64,000 nucleotides of DNA, taken from the NCBI GenBank assembly GCA_905182545.1, contig CAJJBY010000003.1:30892-94891 (forward strand). Direction: 5' to 3'. This DNA comes from an uncultured Candidatus Puniceispirillum sp. (GTDB taxonomy: Bacteria; Pseudomonadota; Alphaproteobacteria; Puniceispirillales; Puniceispirillaceae). The translations under genes were made by a program, and so were the position numbers. Positions 10,644 through 21,524 of the stretch are shown in pieces (positions within the stretch are counted from its first letter, which is position 1; every line of letters starts with the position of its first letter). The notes below the pieces were generated by a model. That model was not told the DNA's origin. It ran no database searches and was given only the letters and a program-made list of their open reading frames with translations.

Positions 10644-11150
10644 ATGATGTTTAAGATTACGCAGCAAACACAGGTAGATAGTCAGGTCATTGAAGCATTG
10701 ATGACCGAGGCATTTGGGCCAAAGCGGTATGATCGGTCGGTCTGGGCATTGCGCTCGGGGGCGCCGGTGGCCGGATTATGTCTTGTTGGCTATGACGATG
10801 ATCAAGCGGTTGGGTCGTTGCGGTTCTGGGAGGTCATGCTGAATCATGGAATCATTTTGCTGCTTGGCCCGCTTGCGGTGCAACCGGATGTCCGCGGCAA
10901 AGGCTTTGGCCGACAATTGGTTCAAGAGGGAATGCGGCTTGCACGGCTAGGGCAATGGCGGCTTGTTCTAGTATCGGGCGAGCCTGACTATTATCCGAGA
11001 TTTGGATTTGTGCCGGCGGCTGGCTATGGTCTTGACTGGCCCGGCTTTGTCGAGCCGGAACGGCTGCAATTTTGTGAGCTGGTGCCGGGCGCATTGGCAA
11101 GCTTGCCGTCAAACGGGCTTGTTGTTCGGGGCATTACGCCGCCGGCATAA
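10644..11150 (+). CDS. GNAT family N-acetyltransferase
   Basis: 168-aa ORF with the acetyl-CoA binding motif LAVQPDVRGKGFGRQLV and a YYPRFGF tail typical of YhbS-like GNATs. Confidence 0.7.
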   Translation: MMFKITQQTQVDSQVIEALMTEAFGPKRYDRSVWALRSGAPVAGLCLVGYDDDQAVGSLRFWEVMLNHGIILLLGPLAVQPDVRGKGFGRQLVQEGMRLARLGQWRLVLVSGEPDYYPRFGFVPAAGYGLDWPGFVEPERLQFCELVPGALASLPSNGLVVRGITPPA

Positions 11151-11210
11151 TATGCTATGTGAATGACGGCCGGTATTGGTCGCAATTGATGGTTGGGAGT
11201 TTTTGGGTTC

Positions 11211-11885
11211 ATGCGGGTTTTGCATCACTATCAATTATCAGCATCGTCACGTTTTATCCGGCTTGTACTTGCCGAACGTGGCCTGATGGTTTTGCCAAAG
11301 CTGGAAATTCCGTGGCAGCGTAGTGAAGATTTCCTAACGCTTAATCCGGCGGGTGATGTGCCAGTTCTAGTCACTGAAGACGGGCTTGCCCTTAGTGGCG
11401 GAATGGTGATCGCTGAATTTATCGAAGAAACTGAAGACTCAAGCCAGCATAATTTGCTATGGGGTGAAGCACCAGCGCGTGCCGAAATTCGCCGTCTTGT
11501 GCATTGGTTTGAATATAAATTCAGCCGCGAAGTTGGAACGCCGCTTTTGTCGGAACGCGTTATCAAACGGTTTTCGGGTGAAGGCACAACATCATCGGTG
11601 GTGATGCGGGCAGCGATGAGCAATCTTCAAATCCATCTTGATTATATCGACTGGCTGGCCGAACAGGGAAACTGGTTAACTGGCAGGCAAATATCGCTTG
11701 CCGATCTGGCCGCCGCTGCGCATCTGTCGGTTCTCGATTTTCTGGGTGATATTGATTGGAGCCGCCACCCCGAAGCCAAAAGCTGGTACGCCAAAATGAA
11801 ATCACGCCCCTCATTCCGTGATCTTCTTGGGGATCAGGTGGTTGGTTTGACCCCGCCTGACCATTATTGCGATCTTGATTTTTAA
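11211..11885 (+). CDS. Glutathione S-transferase family protein
   Basis: It has a thioredoxin-like N-domain (SSRFIRLVLAERG..., NPAGDVPVLV) and a helical C-domain. I prefer ATG at 11211; the ORF track begins at an alternative start at 11193. Confidence 0.65.
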   Translation: MRVLHHYQLSASSRFIRLVLAERGLMVLPKLEIPWQRSEDFLTLNPAGDVPVLVTEDGLALSGGMVIAEFIEETEDSSQHNLLWGEAPARAEIRRLVHWFEYKFSREVGTPLLSERVIKRFSGEGTTSSVVMRAAMSNLQIHLDYIDWLAEQGNWLTGRQISLADLAAAAHLSVLDFLGDIDWSRHPEAKSWYAKMKSRPSFRDLLGDQVVGLTPPDHYCDLDF

Positions 11886-11897
11886 GATTTAGCGCGG

Positions 11898-12683
11898 CTA
11901 TTTCGAGTCAAGCTGATCAAGCAGCGTCACCAAAACCGTTTCAAGAAGGCGTAATTGTGCTGGTTCGGAAAACCGGTGCGTTGCGGTTTTGTCAAAATGC
12001 AGAACCACATCATCAGATTGCAAACAATCGGCAAGCCTTGTTGCTGTTTGCCATGGCACTTCGGCATCATTCATGCCCTGCAAAAGGCGAACTGGTGCGG
12101 TGATCGCCAAAGGCGCGCGAAGCCGCAAATGTTGGCGGCCATCTTCGATCAAATGATAGGGATAGATTATCGGATCATCGGCATAGGGATTTTCCATCGC
12201 GATCTGGCCATCATGTTTCATCTGGCTGCGCTGATCATCATCAAGTGGTTGCCAGATCAAATCTTCGGTAAAATCAGGGGCAGCTGCAATGCCGATCAGC
12301 CCCGCAATCCGGTCAGGCCGCACCAGCGCGACATTCAGCATGATCCAGCCCCCAAGTGACGAGCCAACAAGGATTTGAGGGCCAGTGGTTAGATCGTTAA
12401 GAACGGCAATCGCGTCACGCGTCCAATCGGAAATATTGGTTTCCAGAAAGGCACCATCTGACTGGCCATGCCCGCTATAGTCAAACCGCAAAAAGGCTCG
12501 TCCCTGCTGTTGTGCCCAGCTTTCAAGGAACAAGGCTTTGCTGCCATCCATGTCCGAGCCATGACCGCATAAAAAGATGATCCCGGGCGTTTTGCCAGCA
12601 ACTCTTTTATAGGCGATCTTGCCTGACTGGTTTATGCTGTGAGACGCGATAGTTTGCATTTTTTCACATCCATGATCTGGCAA
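11898..12683 (-). CDS. Alpha/beta-fold hydrolase
   Basis: 261-aa ORF with HGSDMDGSKA near the oxyanion region and the nucleophile elbow VGSSLGGW. The real start may be the internal Met at about 12659. Confidence 0.65.
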   Translation of the reverse strand: MPDHGCEKMQTIASHSINQSGKIAYKRVAGKTPGIIFLCGHGSDMDGSKALFLESWAQQQGRAFLRFDYSGHGQSDGAFLETNISDWTRDAIAVLNDLTTGPQILVGSSLGGWIMLNVALVRPDRIAGLIGIAAAPDFTEDLIWQPLDDDQRSQMKHDGQIAMENPYADDPIIYPYHLIEDGRQHLRLRAPLAITAPVRLLQGMNDAEVPWQTATRLADCLQSDDVVLHFDKTATHRFSEPAQLRLLETVLVTLLDQLDSK

Positions 12684-12740
12684 TCGCCGGTTTTCGTCTT
12701 ATTAAATCTTGACCAAACTAGGAAATGATAGCCATTTGTA

Positions 12741-13949
12741 ATGCCAATGATAGTAGCACCAAAATCAAAATTGTTGAAACAACGCCAAGGCGACGTGCCA
12801 ACGATTGTACAAATTCTGCCAGCGATGGTTCGTGGCGGTGTTGAGCGCGGCACGGTTGAAATGGCCGATGCAATTCAAAAACATGGTGGTCGCGTGATTG
12901 TTATTTCGCGTGGTGGGCCAATGGTACGGCATCTTGACCGTCTCGGGGCAACGCATTATCAGCTTGATGTTCATACCAAAAACCCATTTCGCTGGCCGCA
13001 AGTCCGTAACCGGTTAAAGGCCATTCTGAGCCGTGAAAATGCTGATCTTGTGCATGTTCGCTCGCGTGTGCCAGCATGGATTGCGCTGCCAGCCGCGGCG
13101 GCGCTTGGCATTGCGACGGTAAGCACGGTTCATGGGCGGTTTATCGCTCTATCGGCATTAAAGCGGATTTATAATCGCAAATTGCTGAAAACCGATCATG
13201 TGATCGCGATTTCGAACTATGTGAAAGAGCTGATCACCAGACAATATGTTGGAGTTGAAGAGCGGCTGACGGTGGTGCATCGCGGTGTTGATATTGATTT
13301 ATTCAATCCCGATAATGTGAATCAAACCCGAATTGTTAATTTTGTTGAAGGTCTGGCCATCCCTGAAGATGTGCCGGTGATTATGCTTCCGGCGCGCGCC
13401 ACCAAGTGGAAAGGGCACCAGATTTTATTGCAGGCTTTGGCCAAGATTAAAGACCGGCCTTTCATCTGTTTGATGATTGGTGCTGGTGATGGCAAGCCTG
13501 CCTTCGTGTCTGAATTGGTGTGTTATGGCCAGCAATTGGGGCTTGAGGGTCGGTTTCGGCTAACCCCGCTTGTTGATGATATGCCAGCAGCCTTGATGGT
13601 AGCCGATGTGGTTGCAATGCCGTCAATCACGCCCGAGCCGTTTGGCCGTGTTGCGCTTGAAGCGCAGGCAATGGGTCGCCCCGTTGTGGCCTTTGATCAT
13701 GGTGGGGCAACCGAATCGATCAGGCATGGTGAAACCGGCTGGCTGGCCATTCCGGGTGATGCTGACAGCCTTGCGGTGGCATTGCAGGCCGCGCTTGATC
13801 TTAGCCCGCGCAAGCGCAAAACGCTTGCCACCAAGGCAAGGCAGCATATCGAAGCCAATTTTTCAACCGAGACCATGTGTCGGCAAACGATAAAAATCTA
13901 TCGGCGGGTGCTGGATCGGGCTGCGGCGAACCGGAACGCAAAATCATAA
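12741..13949 (+). CDS. Glycosyltransferase family 4 (GT-B, group 1)
   Basis: 402-aa ORF. The C-terminal half has the EX7E-type region (PSITPEPFGRVALEAQAMGRPVVAFDHGGATESI). Confidence 0.75.
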   Translation: MPMIVAPKSKLLKQRQGDVPTIVQILPAMVRGGVERGTVEMADAIQKHGGRVIVISRGGPMVRHLDRLGATHYQLDVHTKNPFRWPQVRNRLKAILSRENADLVHVRSRVPAWIALPAAAALGIATVSTVHGRFIALSALKRIYNRKLLKTDHVIAISNYVKELITRQYVGVEERLTVVHRGVDIDLFNPDNVNQTRIVNFVEGLAIPEDVPVIMLPARATKWKGHQILLQALAKIKDRPFICLMIGAGDGKPAFVSELVCYGQQLGLEGRFRLTPLVDDMPAALMVADVVAMPSITPEPFGRVALEAQAMGRPVVAFDHGGATESIRHGETGWLAIPGDADSLAVALQAALDLSPRKRKTLATKARQHIEANFSTETMCRQTIKIYRRVLDRAAANRNAKS

Positions 13950-14171
13950 ATTGATGATATGGGAATGTTAATGTTGGCGTCAGTGACGCCGGTCATGCCA
14001 TGCGCCTGCCTTGATGGCAGGATAGGCGGCGTTCGATTTAGTCATAGATTTGCATGCTGAACCACCAGTGTACTTGAGTTTCGGCAAGGGTAGGGCTATG
14101 GTCTGCCAACTTTATGGCGATGTGGCCAACCGGTTGCTGGGCCCATTGATAATAGGAGGTTTTTAACAATA

Positions 14172-16131
14172 ATGCCAAATATCACGCTTCCAGATGGATC
14201 GCAGCGATCATATGACCAGCCGGTAACACCAGCAACGATTGCTGCCGATATTGGGCCGGGTCTTGCCAAGGCTGCGTTGCTTGCCGTTGTTGATGACGCT
14301 GAATGGGATTTGACCCGTCCAATCGAAAATGATGCGCGGCTGTCACTGGTCACTGCCAAAGACGAACAGGCGTTGGCTTTATTGCGCCATGATTGCGCGC
14401 ACGTCATGGCCGAAGCGGTGTTGGAATTATTCCCCAAAACACAGGTCACTATCGGTCCGGCAATCGAAAATGGATTCTATTATGATTTTCATCGTGAAAC
14501 GGCCTTTAGCGAAGATGATCTTGCCACCATTGAAAAGCGGATGCATGAGATTGTTGACCGTGACGAGCCGATTATCCGCAATGTCTGGGCGCGCGATGAA
14601 GCGGTGGCTTTCTATAAAAAGAATAATGAGCCTTTCAAGATAGAACTGGTTGAGGCGATTCCTGCCGATCAGACTGTCACTTTCTATCAGCAAGGTGATT
14701 TTATTGATCTTTGCCGCGGCCCGCATCTGCCATCAACTGGCAAGCTGGGTCATGCTTTCAAATTGATGAAAGTTGCCGGTGCCTATTGGCGTGGCGACTC
14801 AACCCGGCCGATGCTGCAACGGATTTACGGCACGGCATGGGTCACTGAAAAAGATTTGGCAGCCTATCTTCATATGCTGGAAGAGGCTGAGAAACGCGAC
14901 CATCGCAAATTAGGGCGTCAGCTTGGCCTATTTCATTTGCAAGAAGAGGCGGCCGGTTCGGTTTTCTGGCACGCCAAGGGGTGGGTGCTGTATCGTGAAA
15001 TCGAAGCTTATGTTCGCCGCCGTCTTGATGCGGCTGGCTATAGCGAAGTAAAAACCCCGCAGCTTGTTGATCGCAGCTTATGGGAAGCATCTGGCCATTG
15101 GGAAAAATTCGGTGAGAATATGTTCACCGCCCAATCCGAAGATGAGCGCACTTTGGCGCTGAAGCCGATGAATTGTCCCTGCCATGTGCAGATTTTCCGG
15201 CAGGGCATTAAATCCTATCGCGACCTGCCATTGCGGATGGCCGAATTTGGATCCTGCCATCGCAATGAGCCATCAGGTGCCTTGCATGGCATCATGCGGG
15301 TCCGCGCTTTTACGCAGGATGATGCGCATATCTTTTGTACCGAAGATCAGATTACGGCTGAATCGGTGAAATTCTGTTCGCTGTTACAATCAATCTATGC
15401 CGATTTCGGCTTTCATGAAGTTCGGGTGAAATTTTCTGACCGGCCGGAAGTGCGTGCTGGTGATGATGCCACATGGGATCGTGCCGAAGCGGCGCTGACC
15501 GATGCGACAAAGGCGGCAAAGCTGGATACAATTTTAAATCCGGGTGAGGGTGCTTTTTACGGGCCAAAGCTTGAATTTGTGCTTCGGGATGCGATTGGTC
15601 GTGATTGGCAATGCGGAACCTTGCAGGTCGATTTTGTGCTGCCTGAACGGTTAGACGCCGAATATGTTGGCGAAGATGGCAATCGGCATCGTCCAGTGAT
15701 GTTGCATCGCGCGATTCTAGGATCAATGGAACGCTGGATTGGCATCTTGATTGAACAATATGCGGGTCGTATGCCAGCATGGTTGGCGCCGGTGCAGATT
15801 GTGGTGGCATCGATTACCGATCAGGCCAATGACTATGCCCGCGAGGTTGCTGCTGCCGCTGCCGAGGCTTGGCTTGCGTGTTGAAACTGATCTTCGCAAT
15901 GAAAAGATCAGCTATAAGGTGCGTGAACATAGCGTGATGAAGGTGCCATTTATTTTGGCGGTTGGCGGACGAGAAGCCGAAGCCGGAACTGTGGCGCTGC
16001 GCCGCCTTGGATCAAATGAGCAGCAGGTCATTGATATGGCCGAAGCTTTGGCGACATTAAAAAGCGAGAGTCTTGCCCCTGATATGGTTGCAAAGCCCCA
16101 GGCAGACGCTGAAAAAATGCATATTGGATAG
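14172..16131 (+). pseudogene. thrS: Threonyl-tRNA synthetase, interrupted by a +1 frameshift near the anticodon-binding domain as sequenced
   Basis: The 14172..15884 ORF covers the TGS, editing and class II catalytic core ([34 protein letters not shown]). It ends ...[16 protein letters not shown]. The +1 frame continues [45 protein letters not shown]..., the conserved ThrRS C-terminus. The join is at about 15869-15870. Removing one base gives about 652 aa. Confidence 0.9.
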
Positions 16132-16261
16132 TTGCCCATTGGATAAATCGAAAAAACTGGTATTAATCCGCTGTTTTTGGTAGTAAATAACGTAATCAAA
16201 GCCCTGTTGGCATTGGGTTGATCAAGACTGAATTGTTTATTGACCGCTAGAGGAGAGTTAA

Positions 16262-16798
16262 ATAGCACGTCCACATAGTAATACGCCGCCCGTTTTGGAC
16301 GGCCCGCGCGTGAATAGCGCCATCCGTGCTCCAAAAGTACGCTGCATTGATCCAGAAGGTGCCCAGCTTGGGGTCCTAGATACATCAGAAGCAATACGTC
16401 AGGCCGAAGAATTTGGCCTCGATCTGGTTGAGGTGCAACCCAACGTTGACCCGCCAGTGTGCAAAATTCTTGATTACGGCAAATATAAATATGAAGCGCA
16501 GAAACGCGCCAATGAAGCGCGTAAAAAGCAAAAGATTATCGAGGTCAAAGAAATCAAGCTTCGTCCGAATATTGACGAGCATGATTATCAGGTCAAAATG
16601 CGCAGTGTGCAGAAATTCCTGAGTGGCGGCGATAAGGTGAAAGTAACGCTTCGTTTCCGTGGCCGTGAAATGGCGCATCAGGATCTTGGTGCCATCGTTT
16701 TGACACGGGTACGCAACGAAACTGATGAATTTGCCAAGGTCGAGGCGATGCCAAAAATGGAAGGTCGCCAGATGATTATGGTTTTGGCACCAAAATAA
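16262..16798 (+). CDS. infC: Translation initiation factor IF-3, probable non-canonical ATA start
   Basis: Conserved IF-3 sequence ([25 protein letters not shown]..., [11 protein letters not shown]...).
- In-frame TAA at 16259-16261.
- AGGAGAG Shine-Dalgarno at 16251-16257.
- The first codon after it is ATA (16262).
- The ORF track's TTG at 16295 has no Shine-Dalgarno sequence. Confidence 0.85.
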   Translation: MARPHSNTPPVLDGPRVNSAIRAPKVRCIDPEGAQLGVLDTSEAIRQAEEFGLDLVEVQPNVDPPVCKILDYGKYKYEAQKRANEARKKQKIIEVKEIKLRPNIDEHDYQVKMRSVQKFLSGGDKVKVTLRFRGREMAHQDLGAIVLTRVRNETDEFAKVEAMPKMEGRQMIMVLAPK

Positions 16799-17013
16799 GA
16801 CCGAAGCCAGAATTTTACCGTTGTTGAGAATTTGACGATCAATAGGATCAGGGCTTGATTCTACAAGTCTTTGCCTATATAAACCGCTCTTAGAGTTCAA
16901 TATCGCGTCCGGGCCTGAAAAATCAGGGCATGCCCGGCCGGTTTATCGCTTTTCCGCCGAAATCTTCGGATTGAACGCGGAACAAGCTTCCTTTTAAGAA
17001 GAAAGAGGTCAAA

Positions 17014-17211
17014 ATGCCCAAGATGAAGACCAAAAGCGGTGCGAAAAAGAGATTTCGCCTGACCGCAAATGGCAAGGTTCGCGGCTCTGCAGCCTTCCTA
17101 AGCCATAACCTACGTCGCCGTTCCCAGAAAATGAAACGTCAAGCTCGTGGCACCATGATCTTGTGTGATGCGGATGCGCGCATCGTTAAACGTTTCCTTC
17201 CATACGCTTAA
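17014..17211 (+). CDS. rpmI: 50S ribosomal protein L35
   Basis: 65 aa, MPKMKTKSGAKKRF...; canonical position between infC and rplT. Confidence 0.95.
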   Translation: MPKMKTKSGAKKRFRLTANGKVRGSAAFLSHNLRRRSQKMKRQARGTMILCDADARIVKRFLPYA

Positions 17212-17224
17212 CGGAGGCTGGTAA

Positions 17225-17578
17225 ATGGCACGCGTTAAAAGAGGTACCACGACTCACGCCCGGCACGCCAAGGTAATCAAGGCGGCTAAAGGCTATTACG
17301 GACGTCGTAAAAACACATTCAGAACCGCTACCCAAGCCGTCGATAAGGCACGTCAATATGCCTATCGTGACCGGCGTGTGCGGAAGCGGGAGTTTCGCGC
17401 TTTATGGATCCAGCGGATCAATGCTGCTGCACGCCTATATGGTGTAACCTATTCGCAGATGATGGGTGGCCTTATCAAAGCCGGAATCGAAGTCGATCGC
17501 AAGATGCTTGCTGATCTGGCGGTGAATGAGCCACGCGCATTTGAGGCCCTGGTAGAGCGGTCAAAAGCGGCAAGCTAG
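17225..17578 (+). CDS. rplT: 50S ribosomal protein L20
   Basis: 117 aa, [17 protein letters not shown]...[24 protein letters not shown]. Confidence 0.95.
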   Translation: MARVKRGTTTHARHAKVIKAAKGYYGRRKNTFRTATQAVDKARQYAYRDRRVRKREFRALWIQRINAAARLYGVTYSQMMGGLIKAGIEVDRKMLADLAVNEPRAFEALVERSKAAS

Positions 17579-17743
17579 GGATCATCCCAAAATACGAGAC
17601 GACAGACGAGCCGTTGTGTTGACCGGTGCCAGAAAAAATGATTGGTTTTGACCATGATTGATCTGGCCACTGCGATCACGGCAGCTCGTTTTTTTTCAAG
17701 TCCACTTCTTTTTGAATCATGTGACGACCGATGGTGAAATATA

Positions 17744-18829
17744 ATGCAAAGCCTTGATGCCGTATCTTCAGAAATCATTCACGCCATTGGTGCCGCAGAT
17801 AGTCTTGACGCGCTTGAGGCAATCCGCATTGACGCGCTTGGGAAAAAAGGTCGCATTTCATTGATGATGCGCGATCTTGGCGGCATGGATGCCGAAGCGC
17901 GCAAACAGGCAGGCCAGGCGCTGAACAAGGTCAAGGACGAGATCGCCGCCGCGATTGACGCCAAACAGATGATGCTGGCATCAGCGGCGCTCAATGCAAG
18001 ATTATCTGCCGAACGGTTGGATGTAAGCTTGCCAAGCCGACCCGAAATTGATGCACGGCTTCACCCATTGTCACGCACCATTGAAGAGGTGATCGCTATT
18101 TTTGCCGAAATGGGGTTTCAGGTTGCCGAAGGCCCAGATATCGAATCCGACTATTATAATTTTACCGCGCTGAATATTCCGCCCGAACACCCCGCCCGTC
18201 AGGAGCATGACACATTTTATCTGCCAGCCGATGCCAATGGCAAACGCAAGGTGCTTCGCACGCACACATCGCCGGTGCAGATTCGGACAATGGAGGCTAA
18301 AGAGCCGCCAATCCGCATCATTGTTCCTGGGCGTACCTATCGGTCTGACCATGACGCCACACATTCACCGATGTTTCATCAATGTGAAGGGTTAGTCATT
18401 GGCGACGGCATTCATATGGGGCATCTCAAAGGCTGCCTGATTGATTTCTGTCGTGCCTTTTTTGGGGTTGATGATTTGCCGGTGCGGTTTCGGCCAAGCT
18501 ATTTTCCCTTTACCGAGCCATCAGCCGAAGTTGATATTGGCTGTACCCGCGATAATGGTGCACTGAAAATTGGTGCTGGTGATGATTGGCTGGAAATTCT
18601 TGGATCGGGTATGGTCAATCCACGCGTTCTGGAAAATTGCGGCTATGATCCGGAAAAATATCAAGGATTTGCCTTTGGTATGGGGATTGAACGAATTGCG
18701 ATGCTGAAATATGGCATCCCCGATCTTCGCACCTTTTACGATAGCGATTTGCGCTGGATGCGCCATTACGGCTTTTTGCCATTTGATGCGCCGTCAATTC
18801 ATGCCGGTCTTGCTGGGGGAGCTGTCTGA
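17744..18829 (+). CDS. pheS: Phenylalanyl-tRNA synthetase alpha subunit
   Basis: 361 aa with class II motifs ([31 protein letters not shown]). The stop overlaps the pheT start (ATGA at 18829). Confidence 0.95.
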   Translation: MQSLDAVSSEIIHAIGAADSLDALEAIRIDALGKKGRISLMMRDLGGMDAEARKQAGQALNKVKDEIAAAIDAKQMMLASAALNARLSAERLDVSLPSRPEIDARLHPLSRTIEEVIAIFAEMGFQVAEGPDIESDYYNFTALNIPPEHPARQEHDTFYLPADANGKRKVLRTHTSPVQIRTMEAKEPPIRIIVPGRTYRSDHDATHSPMFHQCEGLVIGDGIHMGHLKGCLIDFCRAFFGVDDLPVRFRPSYFPFTEPSAEVDIGCTRDNGALKIGAGDDWLEILGSGMVNPRVLENCGYDPEKYQGFAFGMGIERIAMLKYGIPDLRTFYDSDLRWMRHYGFLPFDAPSIHAGLAGGAV

Positions 18830-21234
18830 TGAAATTCACCCGCGACTGGCTTTTCAGTCATCTTGACGCAGATCGGCCGCTGGCTGATATCTTGGACGTT
18901 CTGCCCATGCTTGGGCTGGAAATTGAATCAGTCGTCGATCGTGCGGCTGCCTTGACACCATTTGTGATTGCCGAAGTGATCTCGGCTGAGCAACATCCCA
19001 ATGCTGATAAATTGCGCGTCTGCATGGTCAATATTGGCGCTGGTGATCCGGTTCAGGTGGTATGTGGCGCGCCGAATGCACGCGCTGGCATGAAGGGTGT
19101 TTTTGCGCCGGTTGGTGCCTATGTTCCCGGGATTGATCTGACGCTGAAAACCGGTGAGATTCGCGGTGAGCTGTCAAATGGCATGCTATGTTCGGAACGT
19201 GAAATGCAGTTATCGGATGAACATGACGGCATTATCGATCTGGCGGCAGATGCCCCTGTAGGCGCATCATTTGCCGCCTATGCAGGACTTGATGACCCGA
19301 TTATCGAAATTGCGATCACGCCCAATCGGGCTGATTGTCTTGGCGTTCGCGGTGTTGCGCGCGATCTGGCAGCGGCTGGCTATGGCCAGTTAAAGCCCAT
19401 TGATGCAAGCCCGCTTGAGGGCAGCTTTGACAGCCCGATAACATGGGATCTGAATTTGGCGCCCGATGAGGTGCATCTATGCCCACTGGTATCAGGCCGC
19501 GCCTTTACCGGATTGAAAAATGGCAGCAGCCCTGCATGGATGGCAAACCGCCTAACCGCCATTGGTCAACGGCCAATCAGCGCATTGGTTGATATCACCA
19601 ATTATGTGATGGTTGATCTTGGCCGCCCGCTTCATGCCTATGATATTGATAAAATTGATGGTGGCAAATTGATCATTGGTCGGGCAAAACCAGGCCAAAC
19701 CATGACCGCGCTAAATGAAAAAACCTATGATCTTGACGAAGATATGCTGGTGATTGGCGATGCGAATGGCCCTGATGATCTTGCTGGCATCATGGGTGGT
19801 GAGCGGTCTGGCGTGAGTGATGCCACCGATAAGATGTTTTTGGAAATTGCGATCTTTGATCAGATTGCTGTTGCCACGACGGGTCGCAAGCTCAATATCC
19901 ATTCGGATGCCCGCTTTCGCTTTGAACGCGGCCTTGATGTCACATCTCCTGAATGGGCGTCAGGCTATGTGGCGCGATTGGTGATGGATATTTGCGGCGG
20001 ACAGACAAGCCATATGGTGATCGCCGGTGACGGCGCCGACTGGAAGCGAGAGATTTTTCTTGCAAGCGACAAGGTTGAACGGCTGACCGGCATGATTGTG
20101 CCAAAGGCGCGCCAGACCGAGATTCTGGAAAATCTTGGCTTTACTGTTCGCGAAGAGACCGCTGGCTTGCAGGTTAGTCCGCCACCATGGCGCGGTGATA
20201 TTGACGGCGCTGCCGATCTTGTTGAGGAAATCAGCCGGATCCATGGATTTGATCATTTGCCGATGGTGCATTTGCCGCGTGAACATGTTGTTGCCCAGCC
20301 AGCGGTGAATGTGGCACAGGCGCGTCCATTGCGGCTGCGCCGTGCTATGGCCGAACGAGGTTTGACCGAGGCGGTAACATTCTCTTTCCTTGCTGAAAAA
20401 GAAGCGGTGATGTTTGGTGGCGGTGATGCCAGTCTGCGCTTGGTCAATCCGATTAGTGCTGATCTGTCAATCATGCGTCCATCGGCCTTGCCAAATCTTT
20501 TGTCGGCTGCCGCCCGCAATCAAGATCGCGGCGAAGCTGAAATTGCGATGTTCGAGGTTGGGCCGGTCTTTCTTGGCGATGAGCCTGATCAGCAACGAAC
20601 CGCTATGGCGGCAATCCGGCATGGGGCAATGGCACCACGCGAATGGCATGGCAGCCGGCGTTCGGTTGATGTGTTCGATGCCAAGGCAGATGCCGAAGCG
20701 GCGCTTGCGGTTCTTGGAGTGCGGCGTGGCAGCTTGCAAATCGAATCAGGCGGGCCTGATTATTTTCATCCGGGTCGTTGTGGCCGGTTGCTGCAAGGCC
20801 GTTCTTTGCTGGCGCAATTTGGTGAATTGCATCCGCAGGTTGCGGCGCATTTCGGGTTACGAAATACGCTTGTCGGTTTTGAGCTGTTTTTAGAAGATGT
20901 GCCATTGGCGAAATCACGCGGGCCTGCGCGTTCCTATCTGAAAATGTCACCATTCCAGCCGGTCAGTCGTGACTTTGCATTTATTCTTGATAATGATGTA
21001 CCGGCAAGCCAGCTTCTTCGTGCGGTAAAATCGGCAGCTGGGCCATTGGTAAGTGATATTCAGCTATTTGATGTTTATCAGGGCAAAAATATTGACGATG
21101 GTCAAAAGTCGCTTGCCGTTAACATTACCCTCACGCCGCAAAAGGCGACATTGAGCGAAGCTGAAATCGAAGTAATTAGTGATGCGGTCATCGCTGCTGC
21201 TGGTAAAAATTGTGGTGCCGTCCTCCGCGGATAG
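18829..21234 (+). CDS. pheT: Phenylalanyl-tRNA synthetase beta subunit
   Basis: 801 aa. It has an N-terminal tRNA-binding OB domain (HPNADKLRVC), B3/4 and B5 domains, and a C-terminal FDX-ACB domain. Confidence 0.95.
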   Translation: MKFTRDWLFSHLDADRPLADILDVLPMLGLEIESVVDRAAALTPFVIAEVISAEQHPNADKLRVCMVNIGAGDPVQVVCGAPNARAGMKGVFAPVGAYVPGIDLTLKTGEIRGELSNGMLCSEREMQLSDEHDGIIDLAADAPVGASFAAYAGLDDPIIEIAITPNRADCLGVRGVARDLAAAGYGQLKPIDASPLEGSFDSPITWDLNLAPDEVHLCPLVSGRAFTGLKNGSSPAWMANRLTAIGQRPISALVDITNYVMVDLGRPLHAYDIDKIDGGKLIIGRAKPGQTMTALNEKTYDLDEDMLVIGDANGPDDLAGIMGGERSGVSDATDKMFLEIAIFDQIAVATTGRKLNIHSDARFRFERGLDVTSPEWASGYVARLVMDICGGQTSHMVIAGDGADWKREIFLASDKVERLTGMIVPKARQTEILENLGFTVREETAGLQVSPPPWRGDIDGAADLVEEISRIHGFDHLPMVHLPREHVVAQPAVNVAQARPLRLRRAMAERGLTEAVTFSFLAEKEAVMFGGGDASLRLVNPISADLSIMRPSALPNLLSAAARNQDRGEAEIAMFEVGPVFLGDEPDQQRTAMAAIRHGAMAPREWHGSRRSVDVFDAKADAEAALAVLGVRRGSLQIESGGPDYFHPGRCGRLLQGRSLLAQFGELHPQVAAHFGLRNTLVGFELFLEDVPLAKSRGPARSYLKMSPFQPVSRDFAFILDNDVPASQLLRAVKSAAGPLVSDIQLFDVYQGKNIDDGQKSLAVNITLTPQKATLSEAEIEVISDAVIAAAGKNCGAVLRG

Positions 21235-21470
21235 CGCGGCCCGCTTACCAAAGTCAAGTCGCCTGAGCCCGCCTGCGTATCCAATATGGTAGAATTGACT
21301 GCCCATTTTATGATGGTCTGGCTTAATATGTTATAATAGGGCGGCCAAGAATCGCTTGGATGAAGAGCGCGACTGTTAGTGCTGAATAGATTAAACTGGC
21401 AACATTCATTGAAATCGTGGGTGATAGTTTTGGTATGATCAATGACTGGAACGATCTTGGCTATGATGAA

Positions 21471-21496
21471 GGCATGCTGCCAACCCAGCACATGCC
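21471..21496 (-). terminator. Imperfect hairpin just downstream of the RraA-like gene (possible terminator)
   Basis: GGCATG(C)TGC - CAACCCA - GCACATGCC: 9 bp with one bulge, about 30 nt past the stop at 21525. There is no clean U-run. Confidence 0.3.
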
Positions 21497-21524
21497 AACT
21501 ATCCTATAGCCAAAATCAGAATGG

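Noticed and set aside
13976-14021. Two hairpins (GGCGTCA-G-TGACGCC and CCTGCC-TTGAT-GGCAGG) after the glycosyltransferase gene as terminators
   Set aside because: Neither is followed by a T-run. The first has an impossibly small loop unless the stem is shortened to about 5 bp. They may be structural elements but cannot be called terminators.
17579-17743. pheST attenuator with a Phe-rich leader peptide, or a rplT terminator
   Set aside because: The only mini-ORF (ATG ATT GGT TTT GAC CAT GAT TGA) has a single Phe. The T8 run at 17689-17696 is preceded only by weak 3-5 bp pairings, so neither a leader-peptide attenuator nor a clean intrinsic terminator can be supported.
21102-21491. 129-aa ORF in the convergent gap between pheT and the RraA-like gene
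   Set aside because: It overlaps the pheT 3' end on the antisense strand, has no motif, and its composition is unlike neighbouring genes. It is likely spurious.
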